A program made the position numbers and the translations under genes. From Chitinophagales bacterium (GTDB lineage: Bacteria > Bacteroidota > Bacteroidia > Chitinophagales > UBA10324), in assembly GCA_039920305.1 (NCBI GenBank), contig JBDSEA010000230.1, forward strand, positions 1-42,498: 42,498 nt of DNA, written 5' to 3'. Positions 20,471 to 30,751 of the stretch are shown here, piece after piece (within the stretch, counting starts at the first letter, position 1; every line of letters begins with the position of its first letter). The notes under the pieces were generated by a model that was given only the letters and a program-made list of their open reading frames with translations, was not told the origin of the DNA and ran no database searches.

Positions 20471-21694
20471 GTGAACAAACGAAAGATCATTAACGATCCG
20501 GTTTACGGATTTATTACTATTCCCACAGAACTGATCTACGATTTAATTGAGCATCCGTATTTCCAGCGCCTCAACCGGATCAAGCAGCTCGGACTAACCT
20601 ATCTTGTTTATCCCGGTGCGCAGCATACCCGGATGCAACACGCTTTCGGGGCAATGCATCTGATGAATGAAGCACTGGATATTTTACGATCTAAAGGAGT
20701 GGAAATTTCAACAGAAGAAGCAGAGGCAGTAACTATTGCAATCCTGCTCCATGACCTGGGACATGGTCCCTTTTCACATTCACTTGAAAAATTAATTGTA
20801 ACCGGCATCACCCACGAACAGCTTACATTAATAATGATGGATAGGATGAATCAGGGATTTACAGGCCGGCTGAACCTATGTATTACAATATTGCGGGGAA
20901 AGCACCCTAAAAAATTTCTTCACCAGCTCGTTTCCAGTCAACTGGATATGGACCGGCTGGATTATTTGAACCGGGATAGTTTTTTTACCGGCGTGGCCGA
21001 GGGTGTGATAGGCTACGATCGCATCATTAAAATGCTGACAGTCCGTAATAATGAATTGGCGGTCGAAGAAAAAGGAATCTATTCGATTGAGAAATTTCTC
21101 ATTTCACGACGATTGATGTACTGGCAGGTATATATGCACAAGACCGTTCTGGCAGCAGAAGAAATGCTGATACAGATCATGAAGCGCGCAAGAGAATTAT
21201 CCAAATCAAGAAAACTTTCATGCCCGATGTCGCTGCTCTGGTTTCTGGAAAATGAAGTTGATGAAAAACAAATTTCAAGCAACGAAGAAATATTGTTGCG
21301 ATTTGCGAATCTGGATGATTCAGATATAATCCAGGCAATTAAAGAATGGCGGTATGATAAAGACAAAGTACTTGCTTTTTTATGTGATCATTTACTTTCC
21401 CGAAAATTGCTTAAGATCGAATTGCAGGCGTTTCCTATTGATGAAAAAAGGATTGTGGAATTGAAATCGAAACTCAAAAACGTTGATTCTTTTTCGCCTC
21501 AGGATTACGATTCACTTATTATTTCGGGCACTACTACCAATCATGCCTATAATCCGACAGCAGAGTCCATCAGGATTTTATTTAAGAATGGCTCAGTAAA
21601 AGATGTTGGTGAGGCAAGTGAACTGCTGAATATTTCCGCATTGAAAAATCCGGTTATAAAATATTATTTGTGCTATCCCCGGGAACTCGGCTAA
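20471..21694 (+). CDS. HD-domain phosphohydrolase (dNTP triphosphohydrolase-like)
   Basis: GTG start; NDPVYG; FQRLNRIKQLG; HTR..H; LLHDLGHGPFSH; DMDRLDYLNRD; MYWQVYMHK. Confidence 0.92.
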   Translation: MNKRKIINDPVYGFITIPTELIYDLIEHPYFQRLNRIKQLGLTYLVYPGAQHTRMQHAFGAMHLMNEALDILRSKGVEISTEEAEAVTIAILLHDLGHGPFSHSLEKLIVTGITHEQLTLIMMDRMNQGFTGRLNLCITILRGKHPKKFLHQLVSSQLDMDRLDYLNRDSFFTGVAEGVIGYDRIIKMLTVRNNELAVEEKGIYSIEKFLISRRLMYWQVYMHKTVLAAEEMLIQIMKRARELSKSRKLSCPMSLLWFLENEVDEKQISSNEEILLRFANLDDSDIIQAIKEWRYDKDKVLAFLCDHLLSRKLLKIELQAFPIDEKRIVELKSKLKNVDSFSPQDYDSLIISGTTTNHAYNPTAESIRILFKNGSVKDVGEASELLNISALKNPVIKYYLCYPRELG

Positions 21695-21889
21695 ATGGTA
21701 GTTAGTATGCTTCACCTGCAGGAGGGTCAGGCCCATGCTCCTCCTCCGTTTCTGCATTCACTTTCAAATGAGCAGTATGAAATTTCATTAGTCAGGAAAA
21801 GGAAAAATACCCTCCTTAAACAGGTATAAGTTCCCGCATCAGCATTCGGAATCATATGATTTTACACGTTCAGATTATGAACTTTGGGT

Positions 21890-21897
21890 TACTTTTG
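21890..21897 (+). promoter_or_regulatory. -7 promoter element (TACTTTTG) immediately upstream of lpxD
   Basis: Exact TAnnTTTG match only 5 nt before the ATG at 21903. Confidence 0.65.
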
Positions 21898-21902
21898 CGA
21901 AC

Positions 21903-22958
21903 ATGCAAATGACTGCGCTGCAATGGAATGAAATTCTTGGAGGAACAATTGAGGGTAATCGTTCGGCTGTCATTACGCATCCTGCTAAAATTGAAGAAGC
22001 CGGTGAAGGAGCAGTTAGTTTTATTGCACAACCCAGGTATATTGAGTTTGCCTATACTACTCATGCTTCTCTCCTGATCATTGACAATAACTTTGTTTTA
22101 GAAAAAGCAATCAAACCCACGATTATTCGTGTGGAGCAACCCTATCTTGCGTTCAGCAAGGTGCTTGAAAAATTCAATAAGCCTGATGATGATCTTGTCG
22201 GAATTGAGGATGGATCCTTCATTGATTCAACAGCCACCATCGCCTCAAATGCCTACGTAGGAGCATTCAGTTACATAGGAAAAAATGTTAAAATAGGACA
22301 AAATGTAAAAATCTTCCCTAATGTATTTGTGGGTAATGAGGTGGAGATCGGGGATGGAACAGTAATTTATTCCGGGGTAAATATTTACCATGAATGCCGG
22401 ATCGGAAAAAACTGCATGATACATTCAGGAGTTGTTATCGGAAGTGATGGATTCGGCTTTGCACCTGTTCCGGAGGGTGGATACAAGAAAATACCACAGC
22501 TGGGAAATGTTGTTTTACAGGATAACATTGAAGTTGGGGCAAATACCACTATTGATCGCGCAACGCTGGGCTCTACCCGAATTCATACAGGTGTAAAGCT
22601 TGATAACCTGATTCACATAGCTCATAATGTAGAAATCGGTGAACATACAGTAATAGCTGCCCAAACCGGAATTTCGGGAAGCACCAGAATCGGAAAAAAT
22701 TGCCGTATTGGCGGACAGGTAGGTTTGGTTGGCCATCTGGTAATTGCTGACGGATCCCGGATCAATGCACAAAGCGGTGTCTCAAAGTCCATTAATGAGA
22801 AAAATAAAGCAGTTACCGGATCTCCTGCTTTTGATTATCATTCATCATTAAAGTCACAGGCATTTTACAGAAACCTACCTGCTCTTGTTAAGCGGCTTGA
22901 AGAACTGGAATTACGTGTAAAAGAATTTGAACATGACGCGGCATCAATAGCTAAATAG
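21903..22958 (+). CDS. lpxD: UDP-3-O-(3-hydroxyacyl)glucosamine N-acyltransferase
   Basis: Hexapeptide repeats; IGSDGFGFAP; IPQLGNV; IDRATLGST; KLDNLIHIAHNV. Confidence 0.97.
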   Translation: MQMTALQWNEILGGTIEGNRSAVITHPAKIEEAGEGAVSFIAQPRYIEFAYTTHASLLIIDNNFVLEKAIKPTIIRVEQPYLAFSKVLEKFNKPDDDLVGIEDGSFIDSTATIASNAYVGAFSYIGKNVKIGQNVKIFPNVFVGNEVEIGDGTVIYSGVNIYHECRIGKNCMIHSGVVIGSDGFGFAPVPEGGYKKIPQLGNVVLQDNIEVGANTTIDRATLGSTRIHTGVKLDNLIHIAHNVEIGEHTVIAAQTGISGSTRIGKNCRIGGQVGLVGHLVIADGSRINAQSGVSKSINEKNKAVTGSPAFDYHSSLKSQAFYRNLPALVKRLEELELRVKEFEHDAASIAK

Positions 22959-22993
22959 AATTGAACGAGCAGGAAATACACCAAGCCAAGAAA

Positions 22994-24406
22994 ATGAGTG
23001 AATTTCAACAAACATTAAAAAGTTCGTTCACTCTTTCCGGCATTGGAGTTCATACCGGTGAAAGTGTTAACATGACAGTGAAGCCTGCTCCGGGAAATAC
23101 CGGTTATGTGTTCCGCCGAATTGACCTTGAAGGAAAACCCAGCATTAAAGCAGATGTAGACCTGGTTAATGATGTTTCGCGGGGCACAACCATTTCTCAG
23201 AATGGAGCCCGTGTAGTTACCGTGGAACACCTGCTTGCTGCCCTTGTAGGTTGCGAAATTCATAATGCACTGATTGAGCTGGATGGACCTGAAGTTCCCA
23301 TAATGGACGGGAGTTCGCGCATGTTTGTGGAAGCAATTATTGACTCGGGAACAGAAACACAACAGGATTTCAGGCGTGAATATTTCAAGCTTACCAGGAA
23401 CATTGTTTATCGTGATGATTTACGCAACGTTGAAATTGTAGCCATGCCCGCAGATGATTACCAGCTTTCAGTAATGATTGATTACAATTCAGAAGTTCTT
23501 GGTCCCCAGCATGCCACAGTAGATCATATCAGTGATTTTAAAAATGAAATTGCAGAAGCACGAACATTCTGTTTTTTGCATGAGATTGAAGGGTTGATGG
23601 AAAGCAATCTGATCCGCGGTGGATCACTGGACAATGCACTTGTAATTGTTGATCATAAAATTGAGGATGATAAGCTTCGCAAGCTGGCAGAGTTTTTTCA
23701 CAAAGATGACATTGAAGTGGAAGAGGGTTACCTGAATAACGTGGAACTTCGATATCGTAATGAGCCTGCAAGGCACAAGCTGCTGGACGTGGTTGGTGAT
23801 CTTGCGCTCATAGGAACGTCTATCAAAGCCAAAATTATCGCGACCCGTCCGGGACATGCAGCTAACATTGAATTTGCCAAAAGAATAAAAGCACACATTA
23901 AAGAATGTAAAGCAATGAAAGCTGTTCCTCAGTATGATCCCAATATTGCTCCCTTAATGGATACCCGGACGATTGAGCGGTCATTACCGCATAAATATCC
24001 CTTCCTTTTCGTTGATAAAATTATTGAGTTAAGTGAGAATCATGTAGTGGGTGTTAAGAATGTGACTTTTAATGAATCTTTTTTCCAGGGTCATTTTCCA
24101 GGTAATCCTGTTATGCCCGGGGTTTTGCAAATTGAGGCAATGGCCCAAACGGGAGGGATTTTAATTTTAAATACCGTCAACGATCCTGAAAACTGGGATA
24201 CATACTTTCTTAAAATTGACAATGCACGTTTTAAGAATAAGGTAAGTCCCGGAGACACGATGATCATGAAATTGGAATTGCTGAGTCCTATCCGGCGCGG
24301 ACTATGTGAGATGCGGGGTACAATCTATGTTGGTAATAAGGTAGTTACGGAGGCTGACCTGGTTGCCAAAATTGTGAGAAAAGAAGAAAATCATGTTCCA
24401 AGATAA
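22994..24406 (+). CDS. lpxC/fabZ: Bifunctional UDP-3-O-acyl-GlcNAc deacetylase / 3-hydroxyacyl-ACP dehydratase
   Basis: LpxC motifs GVHTG, TVEHLL, DGSS, ARTFCF, HKLLD. FabZ motifs LPHKYPF, HFPGNPVMPGVLQIEAMAQ. The ATG at 22994 is preferred over the TTG at 22961. Confidence 0.97.
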   Translation: MSEFQQTLKSSFTLSGIGVHTGESVNMTVKPAPGNTGYVFRRIDLEGKPSIKADVDLVNDVSRGTTISQNGARVVTVEHLLAALVGCEIHNALIELDGPEVPIMDGSSRMFVEAIIDSGTETQQDFRREYFKLTRNIVYRDDLRNVEIVAMPADDYQLSVMIDYNSEVLGPQHATVDHISDFKNEIAEARTFCFLHEIEGLMESNLIRGGSLDNALVIVDHKIEDDKLRKLAEFFHKDDIEVEEGYLNNVELRYRNEPARHKLLDVVGDLALIGTSIKAKIIATRPGHAANIEFAKRIKAHIKECKAMKAVPQYDPNIAPLMDTRTIERSLPHKYPFLFVDKIIELSENHVVGVKNVTFNESFFQGHFPGNPVMPGVLQIEAMAQTGGILILNTVNDPENWDTYFLKIDNARFKNKVSPGDTMIMKLELLSPIRRGLCEMRGTIYVGNKVVTEADLVAKIVRKEENHVPR

Positions 24407-24451
24407 TTGGCTGAAAAATAAGATTTCACTACTGATTCCATTCAAAAACCG

Positions 24452-25252
24452 ATGTCGTTAAATTTAACAAACATCCACCCAAAAGCGAAGATCGGTACCA
24501 ATGTAGATATCAGTGCTTTCGTAACTATTTATGAGGATACTGAAATTGGTGATGGATGCTGGATTGGACCTAACGTTACCATTATGAATGGCGCCCGCAT
24601 CGGGAACGGAGTAAAGATTTATCCCGGGGCAGTAATTTCAGGTGATCCTCAGGATTTAAAATACCGTGGAGAGCCAACACAGGCAGTAATTGGAGACAAC
24701 ACGATTATTCGCGAATGTGTAACTGTAAACAAAGGCACCGTTTGGAGCGGCAAGTCCGTGGTTGGGGAGAATTGTCTCCTGATGGCTTATGCGCACATCG
24801 CTCATGATTGTGTAATAGGGAGTAATTGCGTGATTGCAAACCAGGCAGCGCTTGCGGGCCATATCATTGTAGAGGACTTCGCAGTTCTGGGAGGTGTAAC
24901 TGCAGTTCATCAATTTGTGAAAATCGGGCAGCATGCCTTCATCAGTGGTGGCTCGCTTGTTCGCAAAGATGTGCCGCCGTTTGTAAAAGCAGCAAAGGAT
25001 CCATTATCCTTTATCGGGGTAAATTCAATCGGACTAAGGAGAAGGGGTTTTAATGAAGACCGCATCAACCGGATTGAAGACATCTACAGGATAATTTTTG
25101 TAAAAAATCATAATGTTACAAAGGCGGTTTCACTGGTGGAATCGGATATCGAGCCTTCTCCTGAGCGTGATATAATTCTTGGCTTCATTCGCGGGAGTGA
25201 GCGCGGTATCATGAAAGGATATACCAACGGCAAATATGAAAATAACGATTGA
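24452..25252 (+). CDS. lpxA: Acyl-ACP--UDP-N-acetylglucosamine O-acyltransferase
   Basis: PQDLKY; IRECVTVNKGT; LMAYAHIAHDC; LAGH; VHQF; KDVPPF; NSIGLRRRGF. Confidence 0.97.
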   Translation: MSLNLTNIHPKAKIGTNVDISAFVTIYEDTEIGDGCWIGPNVTIMNGARIGNGVKIYPGAVISGDPQDLKYRGEPTQAVIGDNTIIRECVTVNKGTVWSGKSVVGENCLLMAYAHIAHDCVIGSNCVIANQAALAGHIIVEDFAVLGGVTAVHQFVKIGQHAFISGGSLVRKDVPPFVKAAKDPLSFIGVNSIGLRRRGFNEDRINRIEDIYRIIFVKNHNVTKAVSLVESDIEPSPERDIILGFIRGSERGIMKGYTNGKYENND

Positions 25253-25856
25253 TGATGCCGGCAAGCGCTTCAATTTTGAGTGGATTCTTCAGCATGTAAA
25301 TCTCATCCTTCAGTCTGGTAAATCCTATGCCATTCTCGGGCCTAATGGCAGTGGTAAGTCCACACTGATTCAAATGATTGCAGGAGTTATTACTCCCTCC
25401 TCCGGCTCCATAACTTATTTTGATTCCGAAATAAAAATTGATGATGAAAATATTTTCCGGCATCTCAGTTTTGCTGCTCCCTACATGGAACTAATTGAGG
25501 AATTTACGGCCACGGAAATGATTTCATTTCAAAAGAAATTCAAGCCGCTGTTATCCGGAATATCATTAAAACAGGTTCTGGAAATCACCCGGCTGGAAAA
25601 GGATGATTCAAAGCGAATCAGGAACTTTTCATCAGGCATGAAGCAGAGATTGAAAATTTCACTCGCTTTGCTTGCCGATGTTCCCGTAATTCTTCTTGAT
25701 GAGCCCACAACCAATCTCGATCAGCAGGGGCTGGAATGGTATCTGGAGCTTATTGAAAAGTATGGTGATAAACGGTTGATCATCGTTAGTTCCAATCTTG
25801 AGCGTGAATACGGCTTTTGCGATGAGCAGTTTGATGTAATGAAGTTTAAAGTATAG
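25236..25856 (+). CDS. ABC-family ATP-binding protein
   Basis: Walker A GPNGSGKST; signature FSSGMKQR; Walker B LLDEP; overlaps the lpxA 3' end by 17 nt. Confidence 0.92.
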   Translation: MKITIDDAGKRFNFEWILQHVNLILQSGKSYAILGPNGSGKSTLIQMIAGVITPSSGSITYFDSEIKIDDENIFRHLSFAAPYMELIEEFTATEMISFQKKFKPLLSGISLKQVLEITRLEKDDSKRIRNFSSGMKQRLKISLALLADVPVILLDEPTTNLDQQGLEWYLELIEKYGDKRLIIVSSNLEREYGFCDEQFDVMKFKV

Positions 25857-25893
25857 CCATTTCTTTTCCCGCCTGATTTGTTAATTCTGCATC

Positions 25894-27189
25894 ATGGATT
25901 TACCCGAATTGGTATTGGTAGTAATTTATGTTTTAATACTTTCATTCGTTATAATCCGGTGGAAATTTTTTTCCCGCTTTTCCATTAATCCCAAAATCAT
26001 TGTTTTAATTTTCATAATCAAGGTGATTTCAGGAATATGCTACGGCTTCATCGTTGGAGGGGATGCAAATGCATATTTTAATGACAGCCGGATTGTTTTC
26101 TGTACATTAAAAGATAACTTGTTGCTATACCTGCGATTAGTATTCGGCTTGAGTTATGGAAACCCTGCTCCGGAACTTGTGCCTTTTAAGGATGCAATGT
26201 CCTATTACACCACTCCCGGCTCCTATTTACTGGTGAGGTTTCACTCGATTGTCCGGCTCATCAGTCAGGGTTATTATAATGTTCATGTAGTATTCTACAA
26301 TTTCATTATCCTGGTTGGAATACTATACCTGTTCCGCTTTCTTCTCGATATACTGCCCGCGAAAAAAAATCTATTAATTGCGGTCGTTTTTTTATTTCCT
26401 TCCATACTTTTCTGGTCCTCAGGAATGCATAAAGAGGGTATTTCTCTTTTTGCTCTCGGCATCCTGCTTACTTCCATACATGAAATATTAACCTCCACAC
26501 AGCAAAAATCTTTTCAAAGATTATCAATGCATCTTTTAACTGTGGCTGCAGCCTTTATAATTATTTACTATGCAAGAAATTTTTTGTTCCTTTTATTGCT
26601 TCCTTTTTTAACAGCCTGGATCATAACCTTAAAATTTCCCAAGCACAAGCTGATAAAATTTGCAGCAGTTACTATCATCTGGATCTTCGCAGTCTTAAAT
26701 CTGAATTTCATTGTACCGGGCGGAGATTTAATCAATCGCATGGTGGTCATGCAAATGGAGTTTAAAGATATCGCGGGTCAAAGTACTCAGGTAACCTCAC
26801 CCTCAATAGAACCATCACTATCTGGTATCCTGAGGGCAATTCCGATGGCTTTAAAGAATTGTTTTCTCGAACCTCAAATAGCTAAATCCAAAAACATCTG
26901 GCAGCTATTTTCTGCAGCCGAAAACCTCATCATTATTATTCTTGTCCTGTCAGCTTTGATTATCCGAAAAAACAACCTTTCTCATGCTGAACAGAGTCTG
27001 TGTTTGTTTTCATTGTTCTTTGCATTCTCGATATTTATTGTAACAGGTATAACAGTACCGATCCTTGGTGCACTGGTACGATACAAGATAACGGGGGTGT
27101 TATTTCTGCTTATTGCCGCGGTTGTAGTGTATGATGATAAATTCACGAGAAAAAAAATCACGATTAATTTACCCGGGGTTGAGAAATAA
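25894..27189 (+). CDS. Polytopic membrane protein, possibly a GT-C glycosyltransferase or polysaccharide polymerase
   Basis: About 10-12 hydrophobic segments with GGDANAYF, LFWSSGMHKE and LVRYK loop motifs. The function is inferred only. Confidence 0.65.
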   Translation: MDLPELVLVVIYVLILSFVIIRWKFFSRFSINPKIIVLIFIIKVISGICYGFIVGGDANAYFNDSRIVFCTLKDNLLLYLRLVFGLSYGNPAPELVPFKDAMSYYTTPGSYLLVRFHSIVRLISQGYYNVHVVFYNFIILVGILYLFRFLLDILPAKKNLLIAVVFLFPSILFWSSGMHKEGISLFALGILLTSIHEILTSTQQKSFQRLSMHLLTVAAAFIIIYYARNFLFLLLLPFLTAWIITLKFPKHKLIKFAAVTIIWIFAVLNLNFIVPGGDLINRMVVMQMEFKDIAGQSTQVTSPSIEPSLSGILRAIPMALKNCFLEPQIAKSKNIWQLFSAAENLIIIILVLSALIIRKNNLSHAEQSLCLFSLFFAFSIFIVTGITVPILGALVRYKITGVLFLLIAAVVVYDDKFTRKKITINLPGVEK

Positions 27190-27239
27190 ATAGATTGTAC
27201 TGGTAGTCCTTTTTGTTCTCTATGGTTACATTTTAACTC

Positions 27240-27270
27240 TTGCTTATCCCACAATTTCCTGCTACTTTTG
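27240..27270 (+). promoter_or_regulatory. str operon promoter (-33 TTG / -7 TACTTTTG)
   Basis: TTG at 27240-27242, 20-nt spacer, TACTTTTG at 27263-27270, 25 nt upstream of rpsL. Confidence 0.75.
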
Positions 27271-27295
27271 CCGCTCCAAATTTTAGAAACACCGA

Positions 27296-27685
27296 ATGCC
27301 AACAATTCAGCAATTAGTCCGTAAGGGAAGAAAGGTCATCCGCTCGAAAAGCAAATCCCGCGCGCTCAATTCCAGTCCGCAGAAGCGCGGAGTATGTACA
27401 CGCGTATATACAACGACGCCGAAAAAACCAAATTCAGCCCTTCGTAAAGTGGCCAAGGTCCGGCTCACCAACGGCATTGAAGTGATTTCCTACATTCCGG
27501 GTGAAGGTCATAATTTACAGGAGCATTCCATTGTGCTGATTCGCGGAGGTCGTGTTAAAGATTTACCCGGTGTACGGTATCATATTGTACGGGGAGCACT
27601 TGATACTGCAGGAGTTACAGACCGCAAGCAGAGCCGCTCGAAATACGGAACCAAAAAACCAAAAGCCGGCGCTGTAAAAAAATAG
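27296..27685 (+). CDS. rpsL: 30S ribosomal protein S12
   Basis: [12 protein letters not shown]; [13 protein letters not shown]; [13 protein letters not shown]. Confidence 0.99.
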   Translation: MPTIQQLVRKGRKVIRSKSKSRALNSSPQKRGVCTRVYTTTPKKPNSALRKVAKVRLTNGIEVISYIPGEGHNLQEHSIVLIRGGRVKDLPGVRYHIVRGALDTAGVTDRKQSRSKYGTKKPKAGAVKK

Positions 27686-27748
27686 CCATCAGGAATCTAA
27701 CAAATAAAACAGTAACATTTAATAAATAAACCTTTAACGAATTGCAGA

Positions 27749-28216
27749 ATGAGAAAGTCACGCGCTAAAAAACGCCCCCTCGATCCGGATCCAAAATATA
27801 ATGATGTGATGGCAACACGCTTTGTAAATACGCTGCTGCGCCGGGGGAAAAAAACTGTTGCATTCAATATCTTTTACGATACTATTGATAAAATCTCCGA
27901 TCAAACGAAAGATAGCGGCTTCGACATATGGAAGAAGGCAATTGAAAACCTCATGCCATCGGTTGAAGTTAAAAGCCGCCGGATTGGTGGAGCAAACTTT
28001 CAAATCCCCACTGAAGTTCGGCCCGCCCGCAAGCTGGCTCTTTCAATGCAATGGCTTATTCAATATGCCAAGGAGCGCAACGGAAAATCAATGTCAGATA
28101 AGCTCGCTGCTGAAACTATCGCCGCATCAAAGGGTGAAGGTGCTGCCTTCAAGAAAAAGGAGGATGTGCACAAAATGGCAGAAGCCAATAAAGCATTTGC
28201 ACACTTCCGGGTGTAA
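27749..28216 (+). CDS. rpsG: 30S ribosomal protein S7
   Basis: PDPKY; VEVKSRRIGGANFQIP; HKMAEANKAFAHFR. Confidence 0.99.
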   Translation: MRKSRAKKRPLDPDPKYNDVMATRFVNTLLRRGKKTVAFNIFYDTIDKISDQTKDSGFDIWKKAIENLMPSVEVKSRRIGGANFQIPTEVRPARKLALSMQWLIQYAKERNGKSMSDKLAAETIAASKGEGAAFKKKEDVHKMAEANKAFAHFRV

Positions 28217-28355
28217 TCCCAAAATACTTTAATGAACAACCATCAAATTCCAATGAATATTCGATGATCCACCCAGATATGGCCTAACCTTAAACGGTTT
28301 TGAACCTGGATTGTGTTGGAAATTATTTATTAATTGGGAATTTGTCAATGGGATT
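28215..28355. repeat. Degenerate long inverted repeat in the rpsG-fusA spacer
   Basis: aatccca (28215-28221) pairs with tgggatt (28349-28355). caaattccaat (28244-28254) pairs with attgggaatttg (28333-28344) with a one-nt bulge. The left half is C/A-rich and the right half G/T-rich. Confidence 0.55.
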
Positions 28356-28394
28356 TTTGTTTAAGCAATCAAATATTAGAATATCAATAAAATC

Positions 28395-30509
28395 ATGGCC
28401 CAGGATTTAAAATATACCAGAAATATAGGAATAGCTGCACATATTGACGCAGGTAAAACCACCACAACAGAACGCATTTTGTACTATACCGGGGTATCAC
28501 ACAAGATAGGTGAAGTGCATGATGGCGCCGCTACCATGGATTGGATGGTACAGGAAAAGGAGCGTGGCATCACCATTACATCGGCTGCGACCCGTTGCTT
28601 CTGGAAATATAAAGACAAAGAGTACAAGATCAATATCATTGATACACCCGGTCACGTTGACTTTACTGTGGAAGTTGAGCGTTCATTGCGGGTTCTCGAT
28701 GGTGTAGTTGCCCTCTTCTGTGCTGTGAGCGGGGTAGAACCCCAATCCGAAACAGTCTGGAGGCAGGCGAACCGTTATAAGGTTCCGCGTATTGGCTTTG
28801 TAAATAAAATGGATCGCAGCGGTGCTGATTTTCTGGATGTAGTGAAGCAAGTGAAGGAGAAGCTGGGAGCGAATCCTGTTCCGCTGCAATTGCCAATCGG
28901 GAATGAAGAATCATTTAAAGGTGTTGTGGATCTTATTCTCAATAAGGCCATCATCTGGGATGAAGCAGGAATGGGAATGACGTACAAGGAAATACCTATT
29001 CCTGAGGATATGAAAGAACTGGTTCACGAATACAGAAGCAAACTTGTGGAAGCAGTTGCTGATTATGATGATAAGCTGCTCGAAAAATACCTGGAAGATG
29101 AAAATTCACTGACCGTTCCTGAGATTGAAGAGGCTGTTCGAAAGGCAACCATTGACATTGCCATCATCCCAATGCTGTGTGGCTCATCCTTTAAAAATAA
29201 AGGTGTACAGGCAATGCTTGATTCAGTAATCAAGTATCTTCCGGCGCCCATAGATATTGAGCCTGTGATAGGTATCAATCCTGAAACAGAACAGGAAGTT
29301 TCACGAAAGCCTGATGCAAAAGAACCCTTTACTGCTTTGGCTTTCAAGATCATGACAGATCCCTTTGTTGGCCGTCTTGCCTTTTTCCGGGTTTATGCCG
29401 GGACACTGAATGCAGGTTCATATGTGCTCAACACACGAACCGATAAAAAAGAACGCATCTCCCGCATTTTCCAGATGCATGCTAACAAGCAAAATCCGGT
29501 GGATAGTATTGAAGCTGGAGATATTGGAGCAGCAGTTGGATTTAAAGAAATAAGAACAGGTGACACCTTATGTGATGAAAAGCATCCGATCATCCTTGAG
29601 AGCATTAAGTTCCCTGAGCCGGTGATCTCCATTGCAGTAGAGGCGAAAACTCAGGCAGATGTTGACAAGCTTGGTAATGCCTTATCGAAGCTTGCGGAAG
29701 AAGACCCAACCTTCAAGGTAAAGGTGGACGATGAAACCTCGCAGACGGTTATTAGCGGTATGGGTGAGCTGCATCTTGAAATTATTGTGGATCGTTTGAA
29801 GCGTGAGTTTAAAGTTGATTGCAACCAGGGCGCGCCGCAGGTAGCTTATAAAGAATCAGTGACACAAACCATTAAGCACCGGGAATTATTCAAGAAGCAA
29901 TCCGGTGGTCGTGGTAAGTTCGCTGACATTCATGTGGAATTTGGTCCGCCGGATGTTGATGCACCCAAAGGATTGCAGTTTGTCAATGATATTTTCGGTG
30001 GTTCTATCCCTAGAGAATTTATTCCTTCTGTTCAAAAGGGTTTTGAAGCTGCCATGCAAAGTGGTGTGCTCGCAGGTTATCCGCTGGAAGGATTGAAAGT
30101 TACCTTGTACGATGGTAGCTACCATGATGTGGATTCCGATGCGATGAGCTTCGAGCTTTGTGCAAAATATGCATTCCGCGAAGCAAGCAGAAAGGCAAAG
30201 CCAATCATCCTCGAGCCAATTATGAAAGTGGAAGTGGTTTCACCAGAGCAATATACCGGTGATGTGGTAGGTGATCTGAATCGCCGCCGCGGACATCTTG
30301 AAAGCATGGAGATGAAAGCCAATGCACAGGTGATCAAGGCAAAGGTTCCGCTGAGTGAAATGTTTGGATATGTAACTCAGTTGCGGACGATCACTTCTGG
30401 TCGCGCAACTTCTATTATGGAATTCTCCCATTATGCTGCCGCTCCGAATTCAATCAGCGAGGAAGTGATGACAAGAGTGAAAGGTGGAAAGATTGCGGTT
30501 GAGGTGTGA
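28395..30509 (+). CDS. fusA: Elongation factor G
   Basis: [17 protein letters not shown]; [10 protein letters not shown]; DTPGHVDF; NKMD; GMGELHLE; KQSGGRG; YHDVDS. Confidence 0.99.
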   Translation: MAQDLKYTRNIGIAAHIDAGKTTTTERILYYTGVSHKIGEVHDGAATMDWMVQEKERGITITSAATRCFWKYKDKEYKINIIDTPGHVDFTVEVERSLRVLDGVVALFCAVSGVEPQSETVWRQANRYKVPRIGFVNKMDRSGADFLDVVKQVKEKLGANPVPLQLPIGNEESFKGVVDLILNKAIIWDEAGMGMTYKEIPIPEDMKELVHEYRSKLVEAVADYDDKLLEKYLEDENSLTVPEIEEAVRKATIDIAIIPMLCGSSFKNKGVQAMLDSVIKYLPAPIDIEPVIGINPETEQEVSRKPDAKEPFTALAFKIMTDPFVGRLAFFRVYAGTLNAGSYVLNTRTDKKERISRIFQMHANKQNPVDSIEAGDIGAAVGFKEIRTGDTLCDEKHPIILESIKFPEPVISIAVEAKTQADVDKLGNALSKLAEEDPTFKVKVDDETSQTVISGMGELHLEIIVDRLKREFKVDCNQGAPQVAYKESVTQTIKHRELFKKQSGGRGKFADIHVEFGPPDVDAPKGLQFVNDIFGGSIPREFIPSVQKGFEAAMQSGVLAGYPLEGLKVTLYDGSYHDVDSDAMSFELCAKYAFREASRKAKPIILEPIMKVEVVSPEQYTGDVVGDLNRRRGHLESMEMKANAQVIKAKVPLSEMFGYVTQLRTITSGRATSIMEFSHYAAAPNSISEEVMTRVKGGKIAVEV

Positions 30510-30560
30510 TGGTCGTTAATAGAAAACCCATAGTCTTTAGTAAAAAGCTATTAGAAATTG

Positions 30561-30588
30561 AAAACCCTGGTTATTGCCGGGGTTTTTT
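30561..30588 (+). terminator. Rho-independent terminator after fusA
   Basis: Stem aaaaccctggt / gccggggtttt (two G.U pairs), 4-nt loop, T-tract. Confidence 0.8.
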
Positions 30589-30751
30589 GTTTGGAAGGTG
30601 TGATTGATTGCCATTCAATACTCTACCTTTATCCAGCACACAAAACATTTCTTGAAAGCTATCTCCTCAAACATATTAACAGGCGAAAAGTATTGATGCT
30701 TTGTCTTATGTTTTGGGCATCTGCAGCAATTGTCCAGAACAAAAGTTCGCT

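Noticed and set aside
6709-24406. SecD-SecF and LpxC-FabZ fusions
   Set aside because: Both are standard in Bacteroidota and not novel.
27296-27685. Possible streptomycin-resistance allele of rpsL
   Set aside because: The PKKPNS and RVKDLPG motifs are wild type.
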